A stretch of DNA of 64,000 bases from the NCBI GenBank assembly GCA_951406725.2, contig OX597823.1:9858001-9922000 (forward strand). The letters run 5' to 3'. Below the pieces are notes generated by a model, which was not told the origin of the DNA, ran no database searches, and worked only from the letters and a program-made list of their open reading frames with translations. A program made the translations under genes and the position numbers. Positions 38,135 through 52,942 of this stretch are shown piece after piece. Origin of the DNA: Octopus vulgaris (lineage: Eukaryota). The stretch's first letter is position 1; every line of letters begins with the position of its first letter.

Positions 38135-40521
38135 TACATTTGGAGCGTTTACTGAATGTGTCAAATGGGTTGTACATGCGTAGCTTTCGCGTAAACTAAA
38201 CCTGCTGACAGTTAACAAGTTTAGTAAAATGCACGTAACCTGCTTGTAAGATCATTTACTCATACGTAAATATATATGCTTGTATGTTCTGGTTCTGTAC
38301 AACTATAATTGTAAAACATATGTGAAATTATGTAGAACATTTATTAAAAGAAAATTACGTAATATAGAATAACCAATGATTCATTGACAACAAATTATTG
38401 TACATATTAAATGAAACCTGCGTAATATTATAATGAAATCTATATAATGCTTAGGAAGTGATGAATATAATTTTCTTCTTTTTCTGTTATTCTGGCGTTT
38501 ATATTGCACCCTCATACTCTTATTAGCAACTTTCCAAATGTTTATTTTTCAATAATAGCTCAGTTATTATTGACATCTCGGGTTCAGAAGTCATCTATAT
38601 AATTACGTACTTTATACACTCATACAGTCACACATACTCTCGCTCGTACACGCGCACACACACACACACATATGCATATATGCACCGTACATTTTACATA
38701 ATATGGTCTTTTACTTATTTTCCGTTTGTCACATCCATTCACGAAAATATTTGGGTAATCTTCGTCGCAGCGAGATTAGATTGTGCATTAAAGAACATAG
38801 TTACGATCCGACGTCTTAACTATGCAGCTAAACTTAATTAGTTTAATAATAAATCCTATTTTCTTATTCTGATATGCACTCTGAAAAACATTACAAAAGC
38901 CATTTGCTACTTATGAATATCTTAATGCTATTGGTAATATAATAAAAGTCGATTTGCTTTTAATTTGTGTTAATAAGATTTGAGTGTCTTCGACAAATTT
39001 CGCTATATTAAGTAATTAAGATAAAAAAAATACGTAGATCATAAAAAATTTCCAGTTACGTTTCATGTAGCTAAATTCTGTTTTTGTAAGGTATTTGAAG
39101 ACGGCGAAATACTGTACGTGACATTTGAAGAGCCCCCTAGGATATTGAAACTAATATAGTGAATAGGAAGCAATATCTACAGGTAAAACATATAAGAGAG
39201 AATTCCACTTTGTTGTATTCTAGCAAGATTGAGGTAATTGTTTAATGTTGTATCTATAAGAGTTGAGACTCACTAGGAATGACAGGAGAAGTGATGGTGG
39301 CTGTGGTAGGTTTTTTGGAGAATGTTTACTGTTAGCTAGTCTAGCAAAGCAGATAATGCTGTCGTATAGTAGAAAGACAACAAAACCCAGATACAATAGA
39401 AAATGTGCTGACACACGTTTGAGATCTATTGAAGTGTATTGGTGACAGAGTGTAAGCTACAAAATAGTGCATATTACATGAGCAACAAAACTACAACAGT
39501 ATGAGCAATAAGCATTTTAAAATTCTACGCTGTTTAAGTAGAATATCATCTATTGCAATCACATTACACATCACCGAGTCTGTTTGTAGTATTTCATAGT
39601 AGTGAAAAATGGCAGCCACATTTTTCTCAAATGTAACGTCTTTAAAAAGTAACAAGAACATTATTTCATGCAGTCCAGTGTACACAACGCCTAAACAATT
39701 TATGTAATCGTAATGGTTCAAACAACCACGTTTACGCATTTGTTTGATTAGATCTTATCTGGGGCGAATTGAGAATAAAAGGGAAATCATTATTTTGAGT
39801 AGATCTGTCGTATGAGAGACCAGAATAGACAATAAATTATTTAACAAATTATACGCAGACTAGTTAAAAATATACCACGATAGTCCTTATAATGTGTGGT
39901 ACCAAACGAAACTATTACTGTTCAATAAAAGGAATACAGACGAACTAATATATACAGCATTGAAGCAACTTGTTGTTTTATCAGGGTGCCGTTCTAATAT
40001 ACATGCATACAAATTTAACTACGCAAGGAGAAGCTTCAATATGGATCCCTGCACTATTCTTAAATAAGACGTATAGCTTTCAAACTAAATGTTTCCCTCG
40101 TAAAATAAATTAACAATGTATATGCTATTTACGCATACAAGCTACTACCAAGATAAAAGAGAGGAAGGTCATAGTTGGAATGTCTCTGATCGTATATGCC
40201 AGCCAGCCAGGCACGACTGACCTATCACTAAACAATGACCAGAACAGGTATATAAGCAAAGAGATAGAATTGCTAATGGAATCATGTGAATCGGAAATGT
40301 CTAGCCGTAATATATAGACAGCCGAACAGCATCACAAATACAATAAAATCTGCAAGCTAGCTTGATAAAAATAGCAACGTAATAGATTATTTTTATGCAA
40401 CTTTCCTTCAAACCAGCAGCATTGAATGACTACAGTAATTCATTGAAATGAATATTAATCATACGTATGTAAATACATATGTATATATTAAATTTCTAAT
40501 ATATAAATACAGAGGGAGAGT

Positions 40522-40563
<42 letters not shown>

Positions 40564-41064
40564 ATTAGAGATAGAATAATAGAGTGAAGGGTATGAATAC
40601 TAAGACGGACAGATATAAACATATATCTATGTCTGTCTGCCATCGCTCCGAGTTGACCAGGTTTACTGCAAAGACTAAGCCCCTATCTATTCAGACTTAT
40701 GGCTTTACGATACAAGATGACATAACTCTACTTCTAATTCTCCTTTTTTTCGTTTTCTTTTCCTTTCGTTTTCCAGTGTATTCAACCCCCTTCCCAACTT
40801 ATACACCTACTTTCTTCTCGCATTTTCTTGTTCATTTTCTTATTTTATCGTTCTGGTTTAGCTTTTATATTGCTTAGCCTGGAGATTGCATGGAAGCTCA
40901 TAAAAAATGTATATGGTACTTATTAAACAATATTTATCACTCACGAGGTGCAGTACATTTTTGTTGATCTTACCTTCACGGAGTGCTATACAATATGCAT
41001 TATGTATGTAGTATACCATATATACACACACACACATATATATCTATTTTTATATATTTATATA

Positions 41065-41094
<30 letters not shown>

Positions 41095-41096
<2 letters not shown>

Positions 41097-42840
41097 AAAT
41101 ATTAGGGAATAAATCCAAATTTACAGGGAAAAAATCAGATTTAGGATTAAATCCAATTTTATAGTAAAATATTATATAATATTAATTAGAGACTTTGTTT
41201 CTAATAGTAACATTCCTGAATCCATTAATTCATTAATATTTCGATACCGTCAAGCTTCCATAAGAAGAGTGAAATTGTTCCAATAATGGTCTTCTATTAG
41301 TAAAATTTGTAGGATTTCATGAAAAGAAAAATATCATAAACATACGGTTATAATTCATAAAATCGCCAACGCCAGATATAGGAATTACATATAGGACCAC
41401 AGCCGCCTGTTTGACTAAACAGGATATAAATGTGGCGGCGGCGAGCTGGCAGAAACGTTGGCACGCCGGGCGAAATGCTTAGCGGTATTTCGGCAGCCGT
41501 TACGTTGTGAGTTCAAATTCCGCCGAGGTCGACTTTGCCTTTCATCCTTTCGGGGTCGATAAATTAAGTAACAGTTACGTACTGGGGTCGATGTAATCGA
41601 CTTAATACCTATGTCTGTCCTTGTTTGTTCCCTCTGTGTTTAGCCCCTTGTGGGTAATAAAGAAATAGGTATTTCGGCTGTCGTTACGTTGTGAGTTCAA
41701 ATTCCGTCGAGGTCGACTTTGCCTTTCATCCTTTCGGGGTCGATAAATTAAGTACCAGTTACGCACTGGGGTCGATGTAATTGACTTAATACCTATATCT
41801 GTCCTTGTTTGTCCCCTCTGTGTGTAGCCCCTTGTGGGTAATAAAGAAATAGGATATAAATGTGTGTGTGTGTAGGCAAATACCAAATCTTCCCTCTCTA
41901 TCAAAGCACCAGAAACATTTCAACCCAATTCCGTTTAAATAAGGAAAGCATACTCATTAAAAAATATTAGCCTCTGAATATCCTTTAGAAAGAAGAAAAA
42001 AAAAAAGTAAAGAGAAAAAGAGACTCAATTTCTCCACAAAAAAAAAAACAACCAGGACCAACAAACATTTAAAAAAACTTTAGTAACAGTCCTCCACCCG
42101 GGTTTCGAAACCGCAACTCCAAATCTGTATAGAAACACCTGTTGCCGACGTCACCTACCTATAGACAAATGAAATTTTACAAACACCAGTTGCCTATGTC
42201 ACATAACTCTAGACCAATCAAAACCGAACTTCAGCAAATACAACGAAATTACATTTTAAGACTGATAACCGTTTCCAACCGGGACGACTGACAACCGTTT
42301 TTCCTACAGAGAAATCAACCAGGCAGAAGGACAAACTTGACCGCCTGAAAAGGCAAGACGTCACCAGTACTTCAAAGAATTGTAAATCGGATCCGCTCGA
42401 GGAAAAAGTTATAAATACACCTAATTCTAAAACAAGCGAAAGCTCCTACGCGAAGAGGACCAGAGATACTGTAAACCAAGTTCCCTTTTTTTTACTGAAA
42501 CTTTGATTTTATGACTGAAACTTTGATTATATTCATTTCTTGTTGATAATTACTAGCATTAATGAGCTTTGCACACTCAAACAAATTGATTTACAGTTTA
42601 ATTATTATTGACTGCTATTAACATTTAAACTTGTCGAGGTTGAAATGCTTGTACCTGTCCTCCAAATTCATAATTGTAAATTTGTCTGTTATTAACATTT
42701 TAATTAGTCAACATTCAAATTGTTTAAGATGTTTTTGTAATTCATAATTTTAAACTTTTACCATTGATAAACAAAAAATATTGTTGAAACTGGTTTTGGT
42801 ATATATGAAAATAAATGTATTTTAAACAATTACAAGTTTT
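41095..42840 (+). mobile_element. degenerate PLE 3' portion (endonuclease C-terminus, long 3' region, hammerhead 42759-42801) interrupted by a SINE
   Basis: YQIFPLYQ...RLNKESILIKKY near 41880-41970 resembles a GIY-YIG C-terminus. Motif UACCA UUGAUAA ACAA-AAAAUA-UUGU U GAA ACUGGU U U UGGUA. Confidence 0.55.
41435..41850 (+). mobile_element. SINE family D, partial tandem dimer with TSD
   Basis: The monomer body 41484-41669 repeats at 41668-41850. 14-bp TSD aggatataaatgtg at 41421-41434 and 41851-41864. Confidence 0.92.
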
Positions 42841-42913
42841 TCGAATTTAGGTGCCTTTTCAACAACAAATTTTCCTATATGTTTCCCTGTTTGGAAACAC
42901 ACCCTCTCTTTCG

Positions 42914-42950
<37 letters not shown>

Positions 42951-43281
42951 CACACACACACACATACATATATATGTATATACATATATTATATGTGCAT
43001 ACATACATGCATATATATATATATATATATTATATTCATATAAGAGGGATGACCACTAAGTGGACATCCATTATGCAAGAAGTAGACTCCCTATGGTCTT
43101 ACCACTAAGACAGGATTATTCGCAAGAAAATTTAGCAAACGCCAGAACGTAAGCGAGCAAGACAAATGAAAAGATACAAAATATAATGATTCTTCAGATT
43201 TTTCAATATGCTAGACCACTGGTTTTAAATTGATATTAATCAAATAAATATTCAATTTGTCACCCTTATTATTTAAAAATA

Positions 43282-43326
<45 letters not shown>

Positions 43327-43622
43327 AAGTTAATCGCCACATCAAAGTTACTGTTTTTACCAGTTATTATTAGTTTAGCCCCTGTCAGAACCTCCACTAG
43401 CAGGTTATCGGTACGGCGCCTGCACCCTGTGTTTTGTGCGCACCAGTAAACAGCTGGCGGAAGATCTGACCGAGATTAAGCTTCTAGTAACATGGAGCAG
43501 CCACTTTGATGTCGCGGTTAACTTTACTTCTTAGTATGGTTGCTACTCTGACCTCTTCAGATTTTGCAACCAGTTATTTTGCTTATACATACCTACCTAC
43601 CTAAATTCATACATACATACAT

Positions 43623-43708
<86 letters not shown>

Positions 43709-44942
43709 TGAAGCAAATATCAGACATTACCAAGTGTGTAACATATACCTATCGCATATAACATAATTTTAACTGTTACAATTTCTCATAAAAGATAGTC
43801 TCTTAGCTCTGACATCTCTTAATCCAAAGGATCATCAAGGTTCTGACAACTTGAGAGAGAAATGGCTGTATTAACATCTGGCTAGTTCATATTTTTAACT
43901 GACTAGGATTAATCAGTGTGACATTAGCGCCGTGTTCAAGAACGTAACCCTCCACCTTGTCGAGGAATAGAATCAGCAATCTTATGTTAGTGATACAAAT
44001 ATCTAAATGTCTAGGCATCCTCGCGTTTCTGTCTATGAGAGACAATTTGAAAGTGTTGCGCATTTCAGTGTAGAGATTTAGAGTTCTTTAAAATGCGGTT
44101 TCATAAATCACGACCTTTTTTTTCCAGTTTGATATACTCTTTTAAGGCCTTTTCATATTTCCTCTTATTTCGTTAGGAATAATCAAGAAAAATCGTGATT
44201 CTAAATCCCTTACTCAATTCACACAGAAAACATTTACACTCCCATTACTAGAATGATATATTTATAATAATGGTGTATTTTTTGTGCGCTTTGGGTAAAG
44301 ATCAAGGGAATACTGCTACAATTGATAAATTCGTCGTGTGATGTTATCGTAGATGTCATTATTATTTTAGGTGGTTTTTATCTGTGTCCTGAGTTATTAT
44401 TATTATTATTTTTTGTTTGTTTAAGGCTAGTAGTAAAACGTTCCTTGATATGCTCATGTTTTGTGAAATACGCTACAAGTTGGGATGTCGATGAATCTTT
44501 TATTATATTTTGTCAAATTTTATTTCGGGTTCTGCCGTAAAGCTCATTATAAATCCATGCACGAAATGAAATTAGACAGAAAACCATTTTCTGGCATTAC
44601 TACAAGAGTATTTTGAATTCCTCAACAGATGGCAAATTCTGTGTGAGTTATTTGCTAATCGATATGTTACATAATATAAATCAAAAATTTTACCAGGACA
44701 TACTGCTCTAAAAATTATTAATCTGGCATAGGTAATTCTATTAGTTGTAAAAATATACCACAGTCACTTTGTTACTCGCAGCAAAGAATAAAATGACTAA
44801 TTATTAACATTTCACTCGAAAGGTGGAAGAGTGAAGATTACCGAAATATAATGTGCGAATTGGTTTCGAGAAGTTTTAATTCTGAACAAAACCTAAGTGT
44901 CTAGAATGAAAATATGAAACGTTTCCCAGAAAGGCATCTCGT

Positions 44943-44977
<35 letters not shown>

Positions 44978-45108
44978 AACAAACAAAAAGCAAAAAAATC
45001 ACTCAAAAACCAAACGCAAAATTACAGACACACCACACACACCTATATATGTATCTATCAATATATATACACACACACGCGCGCGCATATATATGCATAC
45101 GCACAAGC

Positions 45109-45147
<39 letters not shown>

Positions 45148-45148
<1 letters not shown>

Positions 45149-45448
45149 GCGCATGGCTTAGTGGTTAAGGTGCTACACTCACGATTGCCAGATCGTGGGT
45201 TCAAACCCAAGACCGAGCATTTCATTGTGATCTTGAGCATATTACTTCATTTGACGTTGCTCTGCCTTCATTTCGAAATTTGACATGAGGCACCTGTTTA
45301 ACCTGTACAAATAATGCTAATCTGATGGAGGGATTGAGCATATGTCTACATAAACATTTGATCTCTATAAACAGATCACCTGTTTGGTTGTTCGGTAAGT
45401 AATCGTCGAACCCTCATACCTCGTCTAACAATGCGGTATGAGTCCATC

Positions 45449-45450
<2 letters not shown>
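45148..45450 (+). mobile_element. tRNA-derived SINE (family E)
   Basis: ggcgcatggcttagtggttaagg (A box), gggttcaaaccc (B box) and CORE-like ttgtgatcttgagca. Confidence 0.75.
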
Positions 45451-45485
<35 letters not shown>

Positions 45486-45489
<4 letters not shown>

Positions 45490-45780
45490 CATCATCACGT
45501 GACCGACCAGACCATCAGATGTTGTTACACATCGCTGGTCACAATGCGTTCGCATTGTTTTAGCCTTTGAATGAGGCCACCCCGCTGGCTAAGCGAGCAG
45601 GCCAACAGAAGAAAGAATGGGAGAAAGAGTGGTGTAAGAGTACCGCAGGGATCACCACCCCCTGCCGGAGCGTCGTGGAGCTTTTAGGTGTTTTCGCTCA
45701 ATAAAAACTCACAACGCCCGGTCTGGGAATCGAAACCGCAATCCTACGACCGCGAGTCCGCTGCCCGAACTTGCGGCTCC
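45486..45780 (-). mobile_element. tRNA-Arg-like SINE (octopus OR-type), tail variant 1
   Basis: Minus head gggcagcggactcgcggtcgtaggattgcggtttcgattcccagaccgggcgttgtgagt, with a (GAT)n-type tail. Confidence 0.82.
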
Positions 45781-45844
45781 ATACACACACACATATATAT
45801 TATATATATATATACATATATATATGCATGTTTGTATAGATATA

Positions 45845-45899
<55 letters not shown>

Positions 45900-46025
45900 T
45901 CATACATCTATGTATATATATGTGTCTGTGTTTATATGTGCATATGAATATATTCGTGCTCACAAGCTCACACGCATATATTTAGGTGTATGTAATTAAA
46001 TATGTTTAGGTATTACTATACATGA

Positions 46026-46072
<47 letters not shown>

Positions 46073-46326
46073 AACATGTGTATGCATGTGTACGTATACA
46101 TAGATGATTACACATACGCACTTTCTGCATGTGTATACTCATATAAATGCATATAGAATATTATGCATATTTACGCATAGTATATAACGTGCATACATAA
46201 AGAGCAGAATATATTATTGATAAAGAAATGCGTGTGTATACATACATAAACGTATATATATATATATATGTCTTTCTATGTAAGTTTCTATGTATACAAA
46301 TATAAATATTTGTGTACATATATATG

Positions 46327-46415
<89 letters not shown>

Positions 46416-46490
46416 TGTGTGTGTATATATATATACATAGATATATATGTACACATATACACATATATATATATAAATTCTTACACACAG

Positions 46491-46535
<45 letters not shown>

Positions 46536-47012
46536 ACCGTACATAACTTTTTAAATATATATTGCTTGTGTGTATATGCATGTATGTATGTGTCGGTTAT
46601 GTGTGAGCCGCATAGAAAAATATATTTACCAATTCTAATTTGTTTAATATACTGTGGCTAGAGAATGTCATTGGAACGTCATTTTTGCAACACTCCCAGC
46701 GGCATTATAAAAGAGATAGATAATCAATAAAACAGTGATAGTGGTGGGAAAGCTATTTAATAACAATGTCCACTGTCCATATTCAAGTGTTCAAGAAAAC
46801 AACAATACATTACAATATAACTAATTGAATATACCGACTATATTATACTTATACGTTCTCTTACACACACTCACACACACACACATGTAGGCACTCACAC
46901 ACAGAAACATACTTTAAAGCATATACACACATGTACAAACACACACATATACACGTATGTATGCATATATGTATATAGATAAACATATTCATATACATAT
47001 AGATATTCGTAT

Positions 47013-47064
<52 letters not shown>

Positions 47065-47252
47065 TGTTTAGTGCGCATGCATATACATATGCCTGCATAC
47101 ATATAGACTTATAGACGTATGTATAGATGTATTCTTTAATTCTATTACTGGTTTTCCTCACTTGATGGTGGACATACTGGAGCTCCGCCATATATGTATG
47201 TGTGTAATTATATATATATATATATATATAATAATGTGTATATGTGTAGATA

Positions 47253-47308
<56 letters not shown>

Positions 47309-47324
47309 CACATATACACATTCA

Positions 47325-47366
<42 letters not shown>

Positions 47367-48085
47367 TATATATATATAAATATCAATGTGTGTGCTTAAC
47401 TAGATTTGTTTATATTTCTTTTGCCTATGCTTTTAAATGTGATAAGATATATACAAATTTATGAATGTATCTATCTAAATAGATATGTGTGTGTTATTCA
47501 ACATGTGATATCGCATCAAGTAGGCAATCTAATATCTTATACAACTATTTTATTACTAACTAAAATTACAATATGCGCCATTTTGTCAACGAAAATTCGT
47601 TTGTTTTTTTTCTCATACTGTATATATATATTTCTCCAAATTATCTTAATCGCATTCAATTTATATTTGCTACTTATTTCTACGTTGAATTTCTTTCTAG
47701 TTTTCCGGGAGCGACATTAGTTAATATTCAAAGTAGATAAATTTAAGCATGTGCATACGAATAAATAGGATATCCCGTGTATATATTTAACCTTGTATAT
47801 GTATTCTAGTTTCTTCAAATTCGAATATAATATGAAATTTTGACTATTGTTAAAATACTGCCTTTATTTCTTCTTTCCTATCAGTCCTGTCTTTCATTTA
47901 TCTTCCAATTTTCGGAATTACCAACTTGGTTACTTGCGGTAAACAGTTTAAATATTTAAATTTGAATTACCAACTTCTAATATTCTTTTTGTTATGCTTT
48001 GTTTGCTTTTCAAGCATCAGTTCAATCTTTTCTAGCCAAGTAAATCCTTGTCAGTATATATAAGGGCATATATATATATGTATAT

Positions 48086-48505
48086 GGCGTAGGAGTAGCT
48101 ATGTGGTAAGTAGCTTGCTTACGAACCACATGGTTCCGGGTTCAGTCCCACCTGCGTGGCTCCTTGGGCAAATGACTTCTACTATAGCCTCGGCCCGACC
48201 AGAGCCTCGTGGTTGGATTTTGTAGACGGAAACCGAAAGAAGACCGTCGTATATATGCATATATATATGTGCGTGTATGTGTGTGTGTATCTGTGTCTGT
48301 GTGTGTATGTTTGTGTCTCAGTGTTTGTCTCCCACCATTGCTTGATAACCGATGTTGGTGTGTTCACGTACCCGTAACTTAGCGGTTCTGCAAATGAGAG
48401 CGATAGAATAAATACTAGGTTTACAAAGAATAAGTACTGGGGTCGATTTGTTCGACTAAAGGCAGTGCTCCAGCATGACTGCAGTCAAATGACTGAAACA
48501 AAAAA
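48086..48505 (+). mobile_element. SINE family A, full-length
   Basis: Colinear with 8817-9232. Confidence 0.9.
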
Positions 48506-48749
48506 TACATAAGGGTTGTACTGATGCATATGTACACGTGACTGACTGACCGACTACTGGCCTTTTGGGTCTGGCAGCCGTCGTGGTAGCACCAACATTT
48601 TTTTCTCTGCTTCAAGGCACATTCCTAACACGCCAGCTGAGTATAATTCGTTCTAGTCGAAAGACGCCTGCTTGTGAGGTTCTGTTATTGTTATTATTAT
48701 TATCATTATTGTTTTCACGTATTAGTATTATTGTTTTTACGTATTATTT

Positions 48750-49005
48750 TTGTATTCATATTCGTGCAACATCGTCCGTTTTTCTGTCCTTGTTTCGTAT
48801 ACATTAGAAGCTTTCTTCCAAGGAATCTAATGCGCTTAGCTTAGTTTTTCCTTGGGGCTGGCCAGATTGGAGCAATCTCAAGATTAATCAGCCGAAATTG
48901 CGAGGATGATCCGGTTCTTCAATGAAGATTGAAGGCTTCGAATGTCCCGTCCGTGTTTTTTGTATCGTCTTCTAAATGTTTTGCGTTCTTGTTCCAGTTT
49001 GTATT
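48750..49005 (+). mobile_element. (TA)n-adjacent repeat fragment (family F), related to 61185-61360
   Basis: Shared gccgaaa(t/c)tg..gatga....tga(a/t)ga...gaagg..cgaatgt.ccgtcc and a U-rich 3' part ending at (TA)n. Confidence 0.55.
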
Positions 49006-49049
49006 TTTTATACATATATGTATATATATATACATATATATATACATAC

Positions 49050-49134
<85 letters not shown>

Positions 49135-49539
49135 GTATATGTACATATATATGTATATATATATATATATATACATACAATAGCACCAGTACAACCATCA
49201 ATCTATCTATCTTTGAATACGTGTGTGCGTGATTGCGTACGTGTGTGTGTGTTCGTGTGTGTGTGTGTGTTCGCGTGTGTTTGTATGAATGAGTATTAAC
49301 AGTTAAAGATACATTCTATTGTAAGTCCGAGTTTCATGCACGTAAAATATTATCAGTCATCAAGCAGGCAATATTTTCTTCATCATACGGGGTAATGACA
49401 TTTCGAAAAGGAAGAACTGGACAATTTTATTTCTTAAAATGTTGTAGGCGCCCTAACGCAGCTGCACAAAAGTGACGTACATGTTACTGTCCATGCAAAC
49501 ACAGAAGTTGGATTTTTCGCTACTATCAATACATGCATA

Positions 49540-49875
<336 letters not shown>

Positions 49876-49904
49876 CACACAGACAGACAGATAGATAGAT
49901 AGAC

Positions 49905-49967
<63 letters not shown>

Positions 49968-49974
49968 TATTGAT

Positions 49975-50720
49975 AAAAACGGTAAGATAACAAAAGAAAG
50001 AAAGTGACTTCGATATTATGTAAATAGAGGAATTTATCTTTAAATGTAATATGAGACAATTATTCGGTAGCCATGATAAAACTCCGAGTTTCGGATGCCG
50101 AGGTGGAAATCCACGCCGCCATCTCTTCAGTTATCCGGCCATCGGATAAAAAAGCTATGAAAAATGACCGTTATACAATGGGAAATTACTGTGTGATTGA
50201 CCGTTATTAAGACAAAACAGCTATTCGAATGACTGCTAAGGGAGTAATAAGTTCATAGTATTCGCGTAAGATCGCCTGTTCATACCTACACATGTGCGCA
50301 CGTACAGCCACGTGCGTGCGCATACATTCATCCACCCTCACTTGAAAACGTACCGTACACGTCCTCACTCGCATCCTTCGCAAAATGTATATGCATATAC
50401 ATACAACACCCCACACACACATACACACACGCACCGTAAAGGTTCATACACACCTATACATACACACAAGCGCAAGAAAAAACAGGGTTAAGGGTAACAA
50501 TACAGAAAAAAGGCATAAGGGAGTATAGAAAGAGTAAACCACGTCTATATACACACATCCCCTTATGCACACACATACACACGCCCATATACGCACATAC
50601 CTGCACACGTCTATACACACACACACGCACACGCACAAAAAAGATTATACATACGGCTAACACAAAGAAACCCGGCTAAGGGCAAAAATACAGGAAAGTG
50701 TGTAAAAACACTGAGTAAAT
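49975..50720 (-). mobile_element. PLE-like terminal element (family B), longer copy
   Basis: Homolog of 12644-13014, flanked by microsatellites. Confidence 0.7.
50075..50135 (-). ncRNA. type I hammerhead ribozyme motif with extended stem II
   Basis: GAUAA CUGAAGA GAUG..GUGG-AUUU-CCAC..CAUC C GAA ACUC-G-GAGU U UUAUC. Confidence 0.82.
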
Positions 50721-50780
50721 TATGTCTATATACGCACGTACTTGCATACACGCACACGCGCACACACGCACACATCTATA

Positions 50781-50841
<61 letters not shown>

Positions 50842-50847
50842 GTGTGG

Positions 50848-50890
<43 letters not shown>

Positions 50891-50895
50891 TGTGT

Positions 50896-51268
50896 GGAGG
50901 CGCAATGATCCTGTGGTTAGGGCAGCAGACTCGCGATCGTAGTATCGAGGTTTTGTTTCTCAGACCGGGCGTTGTGAGTGTTTATTGAGCGAATACACCT
51001 AAAGCTCCACGAAGCTCCGGCAGGGTGAGTGGTTGAACACTGCTGTACTCTCTCACCACAACTTTCTCTCACTCTTTCTTCCTATTTCTGTTGTACCTGT
51101 ATTTCAAAAGACCAGCCTTGTCGCACTCTGTGTCACGCTGAATCTCCTCGAGAACTACGTGAAGAGTACACGTGAAGAGTACACTGTGGAGTGGTCATCT
51201 ACTTGCACGTTATTATCACGATCGGATCAACTGGAACACTCGTCGTTGTAACCGACAGATTGCCAACA
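50896..51268 (+). mobile_element. tRNA-Arg-like SINE (octopus OR-type), tail variant 2
   Basis: Same head and core as 45486-45780 (agggcagcagactcgc..cagaccgggcgttgtgagt..aaagctccacga..ctccggcaggg) with a different 3' tail. Confidence 0.8.
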
Positions 51269-51293
51269 ATATATATATATATCTATATATATA

Positions 51294-52607
51294 CTAGCAA
51301 ACGCACCCGTTCTTTGGACGGTTTAAGTTGCTTTCATGGTATATTTTTCACCAAAAAATTGAACTACCGAGAAGGTTTATGTGTGGCATGGCAATCTGTT
51401 TCCGATTAACCTAAGAACGGACAATCAAATTGAAGGCTGGTTATTGAGGAGGTCGTTGCACTTTGATTATCATAGAACATATAAGTTTGCAAGCGATGTA
51501 AAGTAGAGCTACTGAAATGTTTTGGGAATAGATTACGGATAATGACTACAAAATATAGTTGTTTTACATGAAAACGAAATTTCTTGTCAGAAACAGCCAC
51601 ATAAATGGTGTAAGGGAATTGAAGGATGATGTTGAAACTTCTCCTATGCGAGTTTATTTTTTTCAACAGCAAAGGGAGCTATTTTTTTTCCGAGAGAAAA
51701 GCTAACAAAAGCCCCTTTATTCTATCTTCCCACATAGCGTGCATATAAGCTAACAGCGAATGTTGCATAAAGTTGAAGTGTTATGGATCTTCCTAAAAGA
51801 TATGTATAGCTTTCGCTAGTAGAAGCAAAACTCTTATTCAAAGGTCGATTCTTTGGGACGAATAATATGTGAGTGTTTAAAAAAAACTAGAATGACAATG
51901 CTAAAACCTATTTGAAACAATGTGCAGCAGTCGAAATATCATAATGGCGGGGTAAATAAGCATCCTTAAAGTGAAGCAACGGTATCAAAGGTAAAAAAAA
52001 AACAAAAGGTATCAACAATCAGAAGAGAGGGAAGAGAACGTTGCCTTTCAAGTAACTCAGAATAGTTAAAGGTAAGCTTGCCAAAGTTTAATATAGTTTC
52101 AATATGTAGATTAAGATAGTTTGGTATTGGATATTCATCACGTATAGTTTTCCTAGTCAACTGAATCACCGTCGTAAGTGGACAGCAGAAATAAATATTC
52201 GAAATCCTTTCACTTTTATAAAAAGATTAAAAAGAAAAAGAGGGCAAAAAGCACTCGTTTTTTCACAATCGTTTCCTAGTAGCCGGAATTTCGCGAGAAA
52301 ATGTATGTTTATTAAGCACAACAGCCTACAGTGCATGCCGCTGGGCATTAAAAGCCAATCGCACAAACCTAGAGGGGCTCTGGGCCCCCTTGAATCGATA
52401 AAAAATCACACTTTTTGCCATAGCAAGCACATCTTTATAGCTTGCGAATTTTAACCATCGCGGGTCTCGTCCTCAACACGCATTTAGTATCCCTGCCAAT
52501 TTTCAGCTCGATCCTAGTCTTGGTTTGGCCGTCATTAATGTGCATACAATTTTCGTCCAAATAGAAAATATGACACAGATATTTCGCGAATTCCCAGCTG
52601 TATAAGA
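51294..52607 (-). mobile_element. probable non-autonomous Helitron
   Basis: The minus strand ends ccgtcc-aaa-gaacgg (imperfect hairpin) gtgcgtttgCTAG|T at 51294. The 5' end (TCttatacagc at 52607) is uncertain. Confidence 0.5.
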
Positions 52608-52653
52608 CTCCTTGATCTACGTATGATTGTCTTTCAGACAATTGATGTATAGT

Positions 52654-52881
52654 CTTCTGTTTCAGTCATTTGACTGCGGCCATGCTGGAGCACCGCCTTT
52701 TAGTCGAGCAAATCGACCCCAGAACGTATTCTTTGTAAGCCTAGTACTTATTCTATCGTCTCTTTTGTCGAACCGCTAAGTAACGGGGACGTAAACACAC
52801 CAGCACCGGTTGTCAAGCGATGCTGGGAGAACAAACACAGACACACAAACACACACACACACATATATATATATACATATA

Positions 52882-52942
<61 letters not shown>

